Of a DNA stretch of 64,000 nt, positions 1-10,429 are shown piece by piece. The stretch covers positions 3,382 to 67,381 of the forward strand of contig VGZO01000004.1 of the NCBI GenBank assembly GCA_016872555.1. Direction: 5' to 3'. Source of the stretch: Planctomycetota bacterium (GTDB lineage Bacteria; Planctomycetota; Planctomycetia; Pirellulales; UBA1268). Below the pieces are notes generated by a model. That model was not told where the DNA came from. It saw only the letters and a list, made by a program, of their open reading frames with translations, and made no database searches. A program made the position numbers and the translations under genes. Position 1 is the stretch's first letter. Each line of letters starts with the position of its first letter.

Positions 1-1161
1 CTCCGCGAGGGGTTCGACCGACCGTTCCTCGAGCGCCACTTCAGGTCCGCGGCCGGCAACCTCTACGACGGCGGCTTCTGCCAGGACGTCGATGCCGAGC
101 TGGAGAAGGATTCGGGCGACGGTGTCGACGACCGCAGCGACATCGCGGCGCTGGTCGACGCCTGCCGGACCGAGGACAGCGCGGCGCGGCGCGACGCCCT
201 GGCCGCGCGGCTCGACGTCGATCGGTTCTTGACGTTCGTGGCGCTCGAGGCGATGGCCGGCCACTGGGACGGCTATACCGCCAACGTCAACAACTACCGG
301 CTGCTGTTTCCCGGCGACGACGGCCCGGCCGTGTTCCTCCCGCACGGCGCTGACCAACTGTTCGGCGATCCGGCGGCGCCGATCCTCGACCCGCCCAACG
401 GCCTCGTGGCCCGGGCCGTGATGGCCGATCCGACGTGGCGGGAGGCGTGGCGCGAACGGGTTCGGGAGCTGCTGCCGCTGTTCGATCCGCCCGACGCGCT
501 CGTCTCCCGCGTTGAGGATCTCCGCGGCCGGCTCGGTCCCGTGTTCACGAGCATCGATCCGGAGCTGGCGGCAACGCACGCGGAGCGCTGTGCGGACTTG
601 ATCGAGCGCCTCCAGGCCCGTGCCGAGTCGCTCCGCTCCCAGGCCGAGGCGCCCGAGCCGCAGCCGGTGGTATTCGACGAGACGGGTCGGACGCGCCCTG
701 CCGGGTGGTATCCGGGCACGGTTTCCGATGGCGTGGAGCTGACGATGGCCGACGCCGACGGGGGGCCTCGGCTGACGATCCGCGCCGACACGGGCACGCC
801 CTGCACCGCGTCATGGCGCTGCCGGATGCGGCTGCCACGCGGCACGTACCGGCTACGGATGCCGGCGGGCACCGCGGCGGTGGCGGCAGTGGCCGACGAA
901 AAGGGGCGCGGTGCCGGGGTGCGGATCTCCGGCGAGCCGCGCGACCAAGGTCTCGACGGCGACTCCCGAGCGATCCTCGAGCACGAGTTCACGGTGGCGG
1001 CGGATTCGGCCGAGGTCGAGCTGGTCGCCGAGCTGCGGGCGACGGGTGGAACCGCGACGTTCGACGCCTTCGCCTGTGAGCTCGTCCGCCTCGGTGATCC
1101 GGAGGACCCACCCGCGGTCCCGGCCGACCAGCCTGGGGCCGATAGTCCTGAACCGAACTGA
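1..1161 (+). CDS. CotH-like protein, C-terminal part (5' end lies upstream of the window)
   Basis: Frame 1 is open from base 1 (LREGFDRPFLERHF..NLYDGGFCQD..) and runs into track ORF 229..1161, whose printed M is a TTG. HWDGYTANVNNYRLLF and LPHGADQLFG resemble the conserved CotH core. Family recalled from memory. Confidence 0.6.
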   Translation, partial: LREGFDRPFLERHFRSAAGNLYDGGFCQDVDAELEKDSGDGVDDRSDIAALVDACRTEDSAARRDALAARLDVDRFLTFVALEAMAGHWDGYTANVNNYRLLFPGDDGPAVFLPHGADQLFGDPAAPILDPPNGLVARAVMADPTWREAWRERVRELLPLFDPPDALVSRVEDLRGRLGPVFTSIDPELAATHAERCADLIERLQARAESLRSQAEAPEPQPVVFDETGRTRPAGWYPGTVSDGVELTMADADGGPRLTIRADTGTPCTASWRCRMRLPRGTYRLRMPAGTAAVAAVADEKGRGAGVRISGEPRDQGLDGDSRAILEHEFTVAADSAEVELVAELRATGGTATFDAFACELVRLGDPEDPPAVPADQPGADSPEPN

Positions 1162-1219
1162 GCAGCCGCGCGTTCGTCCCTCCTGCCCTGACCATGATCC
1201 TGCCTTCGGGAGCTTCGCG

Positions 1220-2482
1220 ATGACGGAACGGTCCACCCGTCGCTCGGCACTCGGCACCGCGTGGTTGGTCGTGGCCCTGCTGTGGCCGGTCGCGCTGCTC
1301 AACTACCTCGACCGGCAGTTGATGGCGAGCATGAAGACGTCGGTGATGGAATCGATCCCGTCGATCGGAACCGACGAGAACTGGGGCTACATGCTCGGCC
1401 AGTTCAAATGGGTGTACGCGGCGGTCAGCCCGCTCGGGGGCCTCCTCGCCGACCGCCTCGGACGCCGGTGGGTGATCTGCGGGAGCCTGTTCGTCTGGTC
1501 GGCGATCACGTGGTGGACCGGTCACGTGACCAGCTACCAGGAGTTGCTCTGGGCCCGGTCGGCGATGGGGATCAGCGAGGCCTGCTACATCCCCGCCGCG
1601 CTGGCACTGATCGCCGATCACCACACCGGCGCCACGCGTTCCCGCGCCGTCGGCCTCCACCAGATGGCGATCTACTGCGGCGTGATCCTCGGCGGCTTCG
1701 GCGGCTACGTCGCCGACGATCCCCGGCTCGGGTGGCGCAGTGCCTTCGACGCCTGCGGGATCGTCGGCATGGCCTACGCGCTGCCCCTGGCGCTGCTGCT
1801 GCGCGGCGGCGTGCGCACCAGCGCGGAGCGCGACGACAGCGGGACGGGAGTCTTCAGCACCCTCGCCGCGCTCCTCGCCAATCCATCGTTCATCCTCCTC
1901 GTCCTGTATTTCACGCTGCCGGCGCTGGCGGGCTGGGTCGTGCGCGACTGGATGCCGGCGATCCTCAAGGAGCGGTTCGCGATCGGCCAGGGCCAGGCGG
2001 GAGTGTCGGCGACCCTCTACTGGCAACTCGCCGCGATCGTCGGCGCCGCCGGCGGCGGCTGGCTCGCCGACCGCTGGATGGAGCGGAGCCAGCGCGGGCG
2101 GATCAACACTAGCGCCCTGGGAATGACGCTGATCGTCGTCGCGCTGTTCGGCACGGCGCTGGCGTTCGGCGACGGCGGTGGGGGAAGCCTCGGGGCGGCG
2201 ATCGCGGCGCTGGTGGTGTTCGGTCTCGGCTGGGGGCTGTTCGACATCAACAACATGCCCATCCTCTGCCAGATCGCCCCGCCGCGGCAGCGCGCCACCG
2301 GCTACGGCCTGATGAACATGGTGAGTATCGCCTGTGGAGGGCTCGCCGATTGGGGGTTCGGCAGGCTGCGTGACCGCGGCGTGCCGCTGGCGGTGATCTT
2401 CTCGGGATTCGCGACCTGCGCGATCGTGTCGGTGATCCTCGTGCTGCTGATCCGCCCGCGGCACGCCGCCGCCGGTGACTGA
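1220..2482 (+). CDS. MFS transporter
   Basis: Inside ORF 911..2482. ATG at 1220 (MTERSTRR) precedes the first hydrophobic segment. LNYLDRQ and GGLLADRLGRRW (MFS motif-A-like loop) are present, with about 12 hydrophobic segments. Confidence 0.85.
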   Translation: MTERSTRRSALGTAWLVVALLWPVALLNYLDRQLMASMKTSVMESIPSIGTDENWGYMLGQFKWVYAAVSPLGGLLADRLGRRWVICGSLFVWSAITWWTGHVTSYQELLWARSAMGISEACYIPAALALIADHHTGATRSRAVGLHQMAIYCGVILGGFGGYVADDPRLGWRSAFDACGIVGMAYALPLALLLRGGVRTSAERDDSGTGVFSTLAALLANPSFILLVLYFTLPALAGWVVRDWMPAILKERFAIGQGQAGVSATLYWQLAAIVGAAGGGWLADRWMERSQRGRINTSALGMTLIVVALFGTALAFGDGGGGSLGAAIAALVVFGLGWGLFDINNMPILCQIAPPRQRATGYGLMNMVSIACGGLADWGFGRLRDRGVPLAVIFSGFATCAIVSVILVLLIRPRHAAAGD

Positions 2483-2613
2483 CGGCAAGCCCCGCCGGGA
2501 TGACTGCACCGGAGAGCCCACCCGCCAGGAGGGATTCCGGGGCCTCCTGCCGGGATAGAATCGAGAGGTGGTCAATCCGGGGAGGTTGGCCCTTCACGAC
2601 GAGGCAACGAGCG

Positions 2614-3735
2614 ATGGGCCACGGGTTTCGGCAGACCGCCGCGACGGTGTCGCTGGCCTGGATCGTGGCGATCGGCGGGGTAGCCCAAGCCTGCTGCCCG
2701 GCGTGGAAGATCGGCAGCCCGATCAGGATCGCCGACCAAAAGATCCTCGTCATCTGGGATCCCGACACCAAGACCGAGCACTTCATCCGCGCGGCCGGGT
2801 TCCGCGGGTCGCCGCGGCGCGACGAAGGTCAGGCCAACGACGCCGCGGGGTTCGGCTTTCTCGTCCCCTCGCCGGCGCAGCCGGAGGTGGCGGCGGCCGA
2901 CGCGGAGGTGTTCACCGCCCTCGACGACGCGATCCGGCCGAAGGTGGTCGTCGTCGACCGGTGGCGGGCCGACCCGATGCCGCTGCTGTTCAAGCCCTTC
3001 CTTCTCAGCCAGAAAGTCGCCTCGCGGGCCGCTCCCACCAACGCCGCGCCGATGAGCGAGGTTCGCGTCCTCGAGCGGAAGCAGGTAGGCCAGTACGACG
3101 TCGCCGTTCTCCAGGCCGACGACGCGCGTGCGCTGACCGAGTGGCTCGCGGCCAACGGCTTCGATTCGCGCCCCGCCCTCGAGGAGTGGGCCCGGCCCTA
3201 TGTCGACAAGGGCTGGATCATCACCGCCTTCCGCTACGCCGAGCATGCGAGCCGGGTCGAGACCGGCGCGGTGCGGATGAGCTTCAAGACGGAAGTTCCG
3301 ATGTTCGCCTACCGCGTCCCGACCGACAACATCGCCAACGCCGACGAGGGCCAGCCGCCGAGCCTGTTGCGCGCGTTCGTCGTCCTGCCCGGCCGAGCCA
3401 ACGGCACGCTCGGCGAGGGGGAACAGGCGCGCGGCTGGGAGCAAGCGCTGTGCCGCTACTCGCGGCCGCTGGCCGACGAAGGGCTCCGCGGCCTGCTCGG
3501 TCGGACCGTCGGCCCCGACGCGACCGTCCCCGCCACGGCCTGGCTGACGGCGTTCGACGACCGCACCTGGCCGTCGGGAACCGAGGATCTGCGGTTCACC
3601 TACCAGCCCGACGGCTCGGAGTACCAGGAGGTGGACCGTCGGTTCCGCGACCGCTCGATCCCGCTCCCGCTGGATGTCATCGGCGTGGCGATCGCCGCGG
3701 CCGCGTGGGGCGTGAAGCGGCGGCTCGCCACCTGA
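2614..3735 (+). CDS. DUF2330-like secreted or membrane-anchored protein
   Basis: Inside ORF 2500..3735. ATG at 2614 has GAGG about 10 nt upstream. Signal-like N-terminus ends in AQACCPAW, and there is a C-terminal hydrophobic anchor IGVAIAAAAWGVKRR. Family name recalled, not searched. Confidence 0.5.
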   Translation: MGHGFRQTAATVSLAWIVAIGGVAQACCPAWKIGSPIRIADQKILVIWDPDTKTEHFIRAAGFRGSPRRDEGQANDAAGFGFLVPSPAQPEVAAADAEVFTALDDAIRPKVVVVDRWRADPMPLLFKPFLLSQKVASRAAPTNAAPMSEVRVLERKQVGQYDVAVLQADDARALTEWLAANGFDSRPALEEWARPYVDKGWIITAFRYAEHASRVETGAVRMSFKTEVPMFAYRVPTDNIANADEGQPPSLLRAFVVLPGRANGTLGEGEQARGWEQALCRYSRPLADEGLRGLLGRTVGPDATVPATAWLTAFDDRTWPSGTEDLRFTYQPDGSEYQEVDRRFRDRSIPLPLDVIGVAIAAAAWGVKRRLAT

Positions 3736-3757
3736 CCGACCGGCGACCCCTGCCCCG

Positions 3758-5230
3758 TCAGGCAGGCAGTGGCGGCCGCGGCATCGACACGACGCGCGTG
3801 TCGAGGAACTCGGCGATCCCCTCTTCGCCCCCCTCGGCGCCGATCCCGCTCTCCTTGACGCCGCCGAACGGAATCTCCGCCTTCAGCGGCCGCCACTCGT
3901 TGACGCCGACGATCCCCACCTCGAGCGCCGAGGCCACCGCGCGGCACGCCGCGAGGTCGGTGCCGTAGACGTAGCCGGCGAGTCCGGCGGGCGTGGCGTT
4001 GGCCCGGGCGACCGCATCGCCGACACGGTCGTAGCGCGACAGCGCGATCACCGGACCGAAGATCTCCTCGCGCGCCAGGCGCATCGAGTCGCCGACGCCG
4101 CGGACGAGCGAGGGGGGGAAGAAGCTGCCGCCGTGGAGCCGCCCGTCGGCCTCGTAGCCGCGGTTGGCACAGACGACTTCGGCCCCGTCGGCGACGGCGG
4201 AGGCAACGCGCGCGCCGACGTCGGCACAGGCGCGGGCGTGGATCAGCGGCCCGGCGTCGACGCCGTCGGCCATCCCGTCGCCGACCCGGGCCGCCATCAG
4301 CCGGTCGGCCAGTTCCGCCACGAGCCGTTCCTCGAGCGCCGCGGGGACGAACACCCGGTTGGCCGTCACGCACACCTGCCCCGAGACGAACAGCTTGAGG
4401 CGCACGAGCTGCTCGGCGACGAACGCGGTGTCGGCGTCGGGGAGGACGATGAACGGGGCGTTGCCGCCGAGCTCGAGCGACACGCGCTTGATCCCCGCCG
4501 CCGCCGCCGCCATCAGGCTCCGGCCTGTCTCCGTGGAGCCGGTGAGGCTGAGGACGCGCACTGCCGGGTGGGCGGCGAGCACCCCGCCGACCTCGCTGCC
4601 GCGGCCGGGCACGACCTGGAGGACGTCGCCGGGAAGCCCCGCCTCGAGGAGCAGCGGGACGAGGCCGAGGGCCACCAGCGGCGTCGCCTCGGCCGGCTTC
4701 CACACCGCCGTGCAGCCGGCGGCCAGCGCCGCGGCGATCTTCTTGGCGGCTTGGGCGAGCGGAAAGTTCCACGGCGTGACGAGCCCGGCCACGCCGGCCG
4801 GACGGCGCTCGACGAGAAACTCCCGGTCGGCCTGCGGGTGGGGCACGATCCGCCCCTTCACGCGCCGTGCCTCCTCGCCGAACCACTGGAAGAAGCTCGC
4901 CGCATAGTCGACCTCGGCGGCGGCGTGGGCATAGGGTTTGCCCTGCTCGGCGGTGATCAGCCGCGCGATTTCGTCGCGCCGCGCGGCGAGCAGCGCCGCG
5001 GTCCGGGTCAGCACCAGCCCGCGGTCGGCCGCGGAGGAGCGCGACCAGCCGTGGAACGCGGCCGCCGCGGAGTCGCACGCCGCGCCGGCGAGCGCGGCGT
5101 CGGCGCGCCCGACCGTCGCGATCGTGCGCCCGGTGGCCGGTTCGGTGACGTCGAAGGCATCGCTCGACGAGCGCCACTCCCCGCCGACCCAGGGCCGGGT
5201 CTCGAACCACAACGGCGGAATCGTCCGCAT
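3758..5230 (-). CDS. NAD(P)-dependent aldehyde dehydrogenase, succinate-semialdehyde dehydrogenase-like
   Basis: ORF 3758..5230. TPWNFP, SLELGGNAP (catalytic Glu region) and SGQVCVTANRVFV (catalytic Cys region) are present. ATG has GGAGG about 7 nt upstream. Confidence 0.9.
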   Translation of the reverse strand: MRTIPPLWFETRPWVGGEWRSSSDAFDVTEPATGRTIATVGRADAALAGAACDSAAAAFHGWSRSSAADRGLVLTRTAALLAARRDEIARLITAEQGKPYAHAAAEVDYAASFFQWFGEEARRVKGRIVPHPQADREFLVERRPAGVAGLVTPWNFPLAQAAKKIAAALAAGCTAVWKPAEATPLVALGLVPLLLEAGLPGDVLQVVPGRGSEVGGVLAAHPAVRVLSLTGSTETGRSLMAAAAAGIKRVSLELGGNAPFIVLPDADTAFVAEQLVRLKLFVSGQVCVTANRVFVPAALEERLVAELADRLMAARVGDGMADGVDAGPLIHARACADVGARVASAVADGAEVVCANRGYEADGRLHGGSFFPPSLVRGVGDSMRLAREEIFGPVIALSRYDRVGDAVARANATPAGLAGYVYGTDLAACRAVASALEVGIVGVNEWRPLKAEIPFGGVKESGIGAEGGEEGIAEFLDTRVVSMPRPPLPA

Positions 5231-5258
5231 CGGGGGGCCTCCTCGGGAGCGACGGCGG

Positions 5259-6410
5259 TCAGGACCTGACCGCGAGGACCTCGCGGTAGATCGCGGCCGC
5301 GGCGTCGGCCGGCATCGGCCGCGGGTTGGGATCCATCAGCCGGCGATTGGCGGCGGCGGCGGCGGCCAGCGCCGGGATCGCGGCGGCCGGCACGGCGACC
5401 GACCGGAGCACCGTGGTGAGGCCGATCGAGCCGGCGAGGGCGTCGAGCCGGGCGGCGAACTCGGCCGGCTCGAGCGGTCCCCAGCCGATCGCCTCCGCCA
5501 TCCGCCGGTAGCCGGCGGCGGCGACGGGGCCGTTGTAGCGGACGACGGCGCCGACGAACGTGCCGGTGATCACGCCGTGGGGGAGGTGGAACCGGCCGCC
5601 GAGCGGCAGCGCCAGCGCGTGCACGGCGCAGCACGAGGAATTGCTGAACGCCATCCCCGCCAGGTGCGCTCCCTCCGCCAGGCTGTCGCGCGCGGCGGCG
5701 TCGGTCGGATCGCGGCAGACGCGCTCGAGCGCCCCGCCGATCGCCCGGGCCGCCTCCAGCGCCAGGCCACGGGAAAACGGCGTCGCGACCCGCGCGCCGT
5801 GGGCCTCGATGGCGTGGACGAGGGCATCCATCCCGGCGGCCGCGGTGACCGCCGGCGGGAGTCGGTCGGTGAGCGCCGCGTCGACGACGGCGATGTCGGG
5901 GAGCAGCGCCGGATCGACGACGCCGACCTTGTCGCCGGTGCCGGGGTCGGTGAGGATCGCGACTCGCGTCGCCTCGGAGCCGGTGCCGGCGGTCGTCGGC
6001 ACGAGCACGGTCGGCAGTCCCCGGCCCCCGACGCGGCCGATCCCGACCCGGTCGGCCGCCGTGCCCCCGTGGGCGGCGACCAGCGCCGCGACTTTCACGG
6101 CATCCATCACGCTCCCGCCGCCGAGACCGATCACCGCGTCGGCACCGGCGGCGACGATCGTGGCCGCGAGGGCGTCGACGGCCGCGAGCGGCGGCTCGGC
6201 CGGCACCGCCGTCGACGTCCCGGCGAGCATGCCGGCGGTGGCGAGCGGCTCGGCGACGCAAGCGACGAGGCCCCCCGCGGCGACGCCGTCGTCAGACACG
6301 AGAAACACGCGCCGCCAACCGGCCGCCCGGCACAGTGCCGGGAGCCCTGCGGCCGCGCCGCGGCCGATGACGACCCGGCGCGGCAGGTGGTATTCGACGA
6401 CGGCACTCAT
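5259..6410 (-). CDS. Iron-containing (group III) alcohol dehydrogenase
   Basis: ORF 5259..6419. GLGGGSVMDAVK and the His cluster HALALPLGGRFHLPHGV are present. The second ATG (6410, MSAVVEY) sits about 9 nt after GGGGGAG; the ATG at 6419 is an alternative start. Confidence 0.85.
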   Translation of the reverse strand: MSAVVEYHLPRRVVIGRGAAAGLPALCRAAGWRRVFLVSDDGVAAGGLVACVAEPLATAGMLAGTSTAVPAEPPLAAVDALAATIVAAGADAVIGLGGGSVMDAVKVAALVAAHGGTAADRVGIGRVGGRGLPTVLVPTTAGTGSEATRVAILTDPGTGDKVGVVDPALLPDIAVVDAALTDRLPPAVTAAAGMDALVHAIEAHGARVATPFSRGLALEAARAIGGALERVCRDPTDAAARDSLAEGAHLAGMAFSNSSCCAVHALALPLGGRFHLPHGVITGTFVGAVVRYNGPVAAAGYRRMAEAIGWGPLEPAEFAARLDALAGSIGLTTVLRSVAVPAAAIPALAAAAAANRRLMDPNPRPMPADAAAAIYREVLAVRS

Positions 6411-6491
6411 CGGCGGCATCTCCCCCGGCCGCGTTCACGGCCGCGGAGGAGAGTCTGCCAGAACGCCCCGCGCACCGCGACCGTACGAGCG

Positions 6492-9140
6492 TCAGCCCGC
6501 CGCGAGGCTGTCGGTCACCAGGCGCCTCAGGGAGTTGTAGTCGGTCTTGCCGGTGCCGAGGACGGGGATCCGCTCGATCCGCCGCACCTCGTCGAGGCGC
6601 ATCACGCCGCGGAACCCGTCCTCGAGGAGCATCGCCGCCGCGTCGCGGAGCGACAGGTCGAACGTCGTAAACAGCACGACGTGCCGGCCGTCGTGGGTCT
6701 CGATCCCCTCGACGGCGACGCGCGGGCCGGCGTCATCGGGGGGAAAGCGCTTCTGGAACGGCTCCTCGAGCGCCGGCAGTGAAATCATCTCGCCCCCCGC
6801 CTTGAGGAAGCGCTTGAGGCGCCCCCGGAAAAACAGGTAGCCGTCGGGATCGGCGGCGACGAGGTCGCCGGTCCGGTACCAGGTCCGCCCCTGCGACTCG
6901 ACGAACGGCGACGGACCGTCGTGGCGATGGTAGCCGGGAAACACCGACGGGCCGCGCACCAGCAGCATCCCGCCAGCGGCCGCGTCGACCGGCTCGTGGG
7001 TCTCCGGATCGACGATCGTCACCTCGACGTTCCGCACCGGGCGGCCGATGCTCCCCGGCTTGGTGAGATCGAGGCGGTTGGCGGCGACGACCGGCGCACA
7101 CTCGGTGATCCCGTAACCCTCGAGGATCACCGCCTCCGGGGCCCGCGTGCGGCAGGCGGCAAACGTGGCCTCAGGGCATTTCTCGGCGCCGGTGATGATC
7201 CGCCGCAGGCTCGTCATCTCGTCGCCACGGCAGGCGGCGAGCATGTAGCCGAGGAACGTGGGCGTCGTGAACAGCAGCGACGGCTTCCAGGCGTCGATCA
7301 GGCGGACCAGGGCGTGGGCGTCGGTCGGGTCGGCGTGGCGGACGCTGCGGATGCCTGTCAGGTGCGGCATGACGACGTTGCCGGTGAGGCCAAACGAGTG
7401 GAACGGCGGCAGGAAGCCGAGCAGCGAATCGTCGGGTGTCGGCTGGAGGACGTCGAGGCTGTCGGCGACGTTGGTCAGCAGGTTGCGGTGGGTGAGCGGC
7501 ACCGTCTTGGGGGCGCTCTCGGAACCGCTGGTGAACAGGTACACCGCCGGGTCGTCACGATCCTGGCGCGGCAGGGCGCGGAGGAACGATCCGCCGGCGA
7601 ACTTCGCCCGGGCCAGCATGCCCAGTGCCTCGGCCTTGCCGATGCCCCCCTTGATGTCCTCGAGGAACTCGTACCCCGCCCCCTCGACGGCGATCCCGAG
7701 CCGGTCGACGAGCTTCCGCGAGGTGACGATCCGCCGGGTGTCGGTGACGGCGATCCCGTGGGCGAGGTTCGCCGGGCCGGTCGTCCAGTTCATCATCACC
7801 GGCACCTTGCCGGACATGTGGAGCGCGTAGAAGACGATGTCGGCCGCGGCGCTCGCCGGCAGCATCACGCCGACGTGCTCCTCGGGCCAGGCCGCGAAGC
7901 GCTTCGCCATCAGCGCCGCTCCCACGAGCACGCGCTGCCTCGTGAGCAGCCCCGAGACCGCGTCGGCGACGGCCACGCGCCCCGGATCGGCGGCGACGCG
8001 CCGCACGAACGCCTCGGCGATCGTGTCGGCCAGCAGCCGCGTGTCGCCGCGCGGCGCCGGGGCGAACCAGGCGGGCGGCACCGCGGCGGGCTTGGCGGCC
8101 GTGCCCGACGATCCGAGCCGTCCGTCGGCCAGCGCCCACAGTTGCCCGACCGTGTCGACCACCGCGTCGCTGTGGAACCCGAACTGCTGCTCGATCGCCA
8201 GCGCCACGTCCATCCGGTCGAGGCTGTCGAGGCCGAGCGACTCGAGCGTCGTCGTCGCCCCGAGCTCGTCGGGGGCGAACTCGCGCTTCAGGTGCGTGGC
8301 CAGCAGGCTGTTGACGAGGCGCGCCGTCTTCGGGGAGATCGTCGCCGCGTCGACGGAACAGGCCCCCGCCACCCGGCCATATTCGCAGCCGCTGGGGCCG
8401 AACAGCGCGTTGTAGCGCACGAAGGAGGGGGCCTCGCCGCCGTCGGCGTCGTACCAGCGTTCGAGGAAGGTGTTGAACGCCTCCCGTGACTCGAGCGGCA
8501 ATTCCCCGCGCGGCACCACCTCGGCGTGCATGTGCACGCGCCGGCGCGGGAGGAAGAACACCAGGCTCGCCAGCACCCAACCGAGCGACCGGGCGATCGC
8601 GCCGCCGAGGTTCGGCAGCTGGCCGTCGCGGGCGCAGCTGTACATGCTGCCGAACACGCCGCGCGTGCGGAGGAGCACGACCTGCGCCTGCGGGCAACGG
8701 GAGACGAGCTCGTGGACGAGCCGCGCCGACCCGACCACCTCACGGTCGCCGCGCCGGAGCCGCCCCGACGGGTAAATGAGGAAGCTGTCGCCGGCATCGA
8801 CTCGGGCCACGACCGCGTCGATCAGCTCCTTGGTGCGCGCGGCCGCGTCGCGGCTCTGCGCCGTGAGGTCGGGCACCTCGAAGGCGTCGATCAGCGCCAT
8901 CAGCGGCCGCAGCGGCGCGAGGCGGAACACGCCCGAAAAGACGAGCGGCCGCAGCGATTGGCGCACCGTGACGTGCGACAGCACCAGCGACGGATCGACG
9001 TAGGCAGGATGGTTGGGGAGAACGATCACCGGACCGGGCAGGTCGCGAAGCGCCTCCATCCCATCTGTCGTCACGCGGTACCGGAGGTGGTGCACCGGCC
9101 GCGCCAGCGCCCAGATCCACTTGTCGAGGTGCCAACCCAT
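6492..9140 (-). CDS. Aas-like tri-domain protein: PlsC-type acyltransferase, acyl carrier domain, AMP-dependent acyl ligase
   Basis: Inside ORF 6492..9266. ATG at 9140 (MGWHLDK) has GGGAGGG about 8 nt upstream. Motifs: HX4D acyltransferase motif NHPAYVD; phosphopantetheine site LGLDSLDRMD; AMP-binding motif YLFTSGSESAPKTV and a later TGD motif. Confidence 0.8.
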   Translation of the reverse strand: MGWHLDKWIWALARPVHHLRYRVTTDGMEALRDLPGPVIVLPNHPAYVDPSLVLSHVTVRQSLRPLVFSGVFRLAPLRPLMALIDAFEVPDLTAQSRDAAARTKELIDAVVARVDAGDSFLIYPSGRLRRGDREVVGSARLVHELVSRCPQAQVVLLRTRGVFGSMYSCARDGQLPNLGGAIARSLGWVLASLVFFLPRRRVHMHAEVVPRGELPLESREAFNTFLERWYDADGGEAPSFVRYNALFGPSGCEYGRVAGACSVDAATISPKTARLVNSLLATHLKREFAPDELGATTTLESLGLDSLDRMDVALAIEQQFGFHSDAVVDTVGQLWALADGRLGSSGTAAKPAAVPPAWFAPAPRGDTRLLADTIAEAFVRRVAADPGRVAVADAVSGLLTRQRVLVGAALMAKRFAAWPEEHVGVMLPASAAADIVFYALHMSGKVPVMMNWTTGPANLAHGIAVTDTRRIVTSRKLVDRLGIAVEGAGYEFLEDIKGGIGKAEALGMLARAKFAGGSFLRALPRQDRDDPAVYLFTSGSESAPKTVPLTHRNLLTNVADSLDVLQPTPDDSLLGFLPPFHSFGLTGNVVMPHLTGIRSVRHADPTDAHALVRLIDAWKPSLLFTTPTFLGYMLAACRGDEMTSLRRIITGAEKCPEATFAACRTRAPEAVILEGYGITECAPVVAANRLDLTKPGSIGRPVRNVEVTIVDPETHEPVDAAAGGMLLVRGPSVFPGYHRHDGPSPFVESQGRTWYRTGDLVAADPDGYLFFRGRLKRFLKAGGEMISLPALEEPFQKRFPPDDAGPRVAVEGIETHDGRHVVLFTTFDLSLRDAAAMLLEDGFRGVMRLDEVRRIERIPVLGTGKTDYNSLRRLVTDSLAAG

Positions 9141-9418
9141 CGTCACGACCCTCCCTTCCGGTACGGCATCTTCCCCCAATACCCCGCGGCACGGCCAGAC
9201 GGATTCCCAGGGTCGATGCCCCGGCGAAAGCCACAGTTCGAGGCGGGCAAGGGGAGCGAATGTCACGCGATCGGCGAAAACCGTCGGCCGTCAGGCTGGC
9301 GGTACCGTATTGTTGTCGGACCGAGTGCCGCCCTGGCACGGCCACGCGAATGGCCCCGGAGCCACCACAAGCCGCGACTGCCGGGATCGCTCAGTTCGAC
9401 CACCCCTCCCCTGTTTTG

Positions 9419-10429
9419 ATGCCTCTCCTCATGAGTCCGTTCGTTACCGCACCCTCATCCACCATGCCCCGCGGCACGTCCGCCTCTCCGTGCGGCCTGT
9501 CGATCCAGGGTCTCGTCAAGATCCACCCCGGACCGGTCTGCGCCCTCAAGGGTGTCGATCTCGAGATCCCGGGCGGGATGTTCGGCCTCCTCGGCCCCAA
9601 CGGCGCCGGCAAGAGCACGCTGATGAGCATCGTCGCCGGTCTTGTGGAGCCCACCGCCGGCACCGTGCTCCTCGACGGCGTCGACATCGTCGAGCGGCCG
9701 GCCTACGTGCGCGAGCGGCTCGGCTTCCTGCCGCAGGACTTCGGCTTCTATCCCGAGCTGTCGGGGCGCGCGATGCTCGAGTTCCTGCTGCGCCTCAAGG
9801 GGATCTCCGGGCCGAGCGGCCGGCGGGAGATTGCCGACGCGCTGCTCGAGCGGGTGAACCTCGCCGATGCCGCAAAGCGCAAGGTCGGGGGGTATTCCGG
9901 CGGCATGCGCCAGCGCCTCGGACTGGCGCAGGCGATCGCCGGCGACCCGCGAATTCTCATCGTCGACGAGCCGACGGCCGGCCTTGATCCCGAGGAACGG
10001 CAGCGGTTCTATCGCCTGCTCGCCGAATTGGCCGTGGGGCGCGTCGTCCTCCTCTCGACCCACATCGTCGACGACGTCGCCACGCTCTGCCCGCGCCTGG
10101 CGGTGATCAGGAGCGGCCAGGTGGTCGCCGACACGACCCCCACCGCGGCCCGTGACAGCGTCGACGGCCTCGTCCACGAGGGGTTCGTCGCCGACGCCGA
10201 CCTGGCCGGGTTCGCCAAGCAGCATCGGCTGCTGTCGGCCGTCCTCGTCGAGGGGCGCACCAACCGCGTGCGCGTCTTCGTGCCGCCGGGCGCCGTGGCC
10301 CCGGCCGGATTCGCCCGGAGCCCTGGCACGCTCGAAGACGCCTACCTCGTCCTGATGCGCGTCCCCGACCACGAGGTGCCGCCGGCCCTGGCCCGCTCGG
10401 CTCCTGTTTCGACGGAGGCCGCCCGATGA
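9419..10429 (+). CDS. ABC transporter ATP-binding protein
   Basis: Inside ORF 9260..10429. Walker A GPNGAGKST, signature YSGGMRQRL, Walker B ILIVDEPTAGLD. Start uncertain: ATGs at 9419, 9431 and 9464, none with a clear SD. Confidence 0.85.
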   Translation: MPLLMSPFVTAPSSTMPRGTSASPCGLSIQGLVKIHPGPVCALKGVDLEIPGGMFGLLGPNGAGKSTLMSIVAGLVEPTAGTVLLDGVDIVERPAYVRERLGFLPQDFGFYPELSGRAMLEFLLRLKGISGPSGRREIADALLERVNLADAAKRKVGGYSGGMRQRLGLAQAIAGDPRILIVDEPTAGLDPEERQRFYRLLAELAVGRVVLLSTHIVDDVATLCPRLAVIRSGQVVADTTPTAARDSVDGLVHEGFVADADLAGFAKQHRLLSAVLVEGRTNRVRVFVPPGAVAPAGFARSPGTLEDAYLVLMRVPDHEVPPALARSAPVSTEAAR

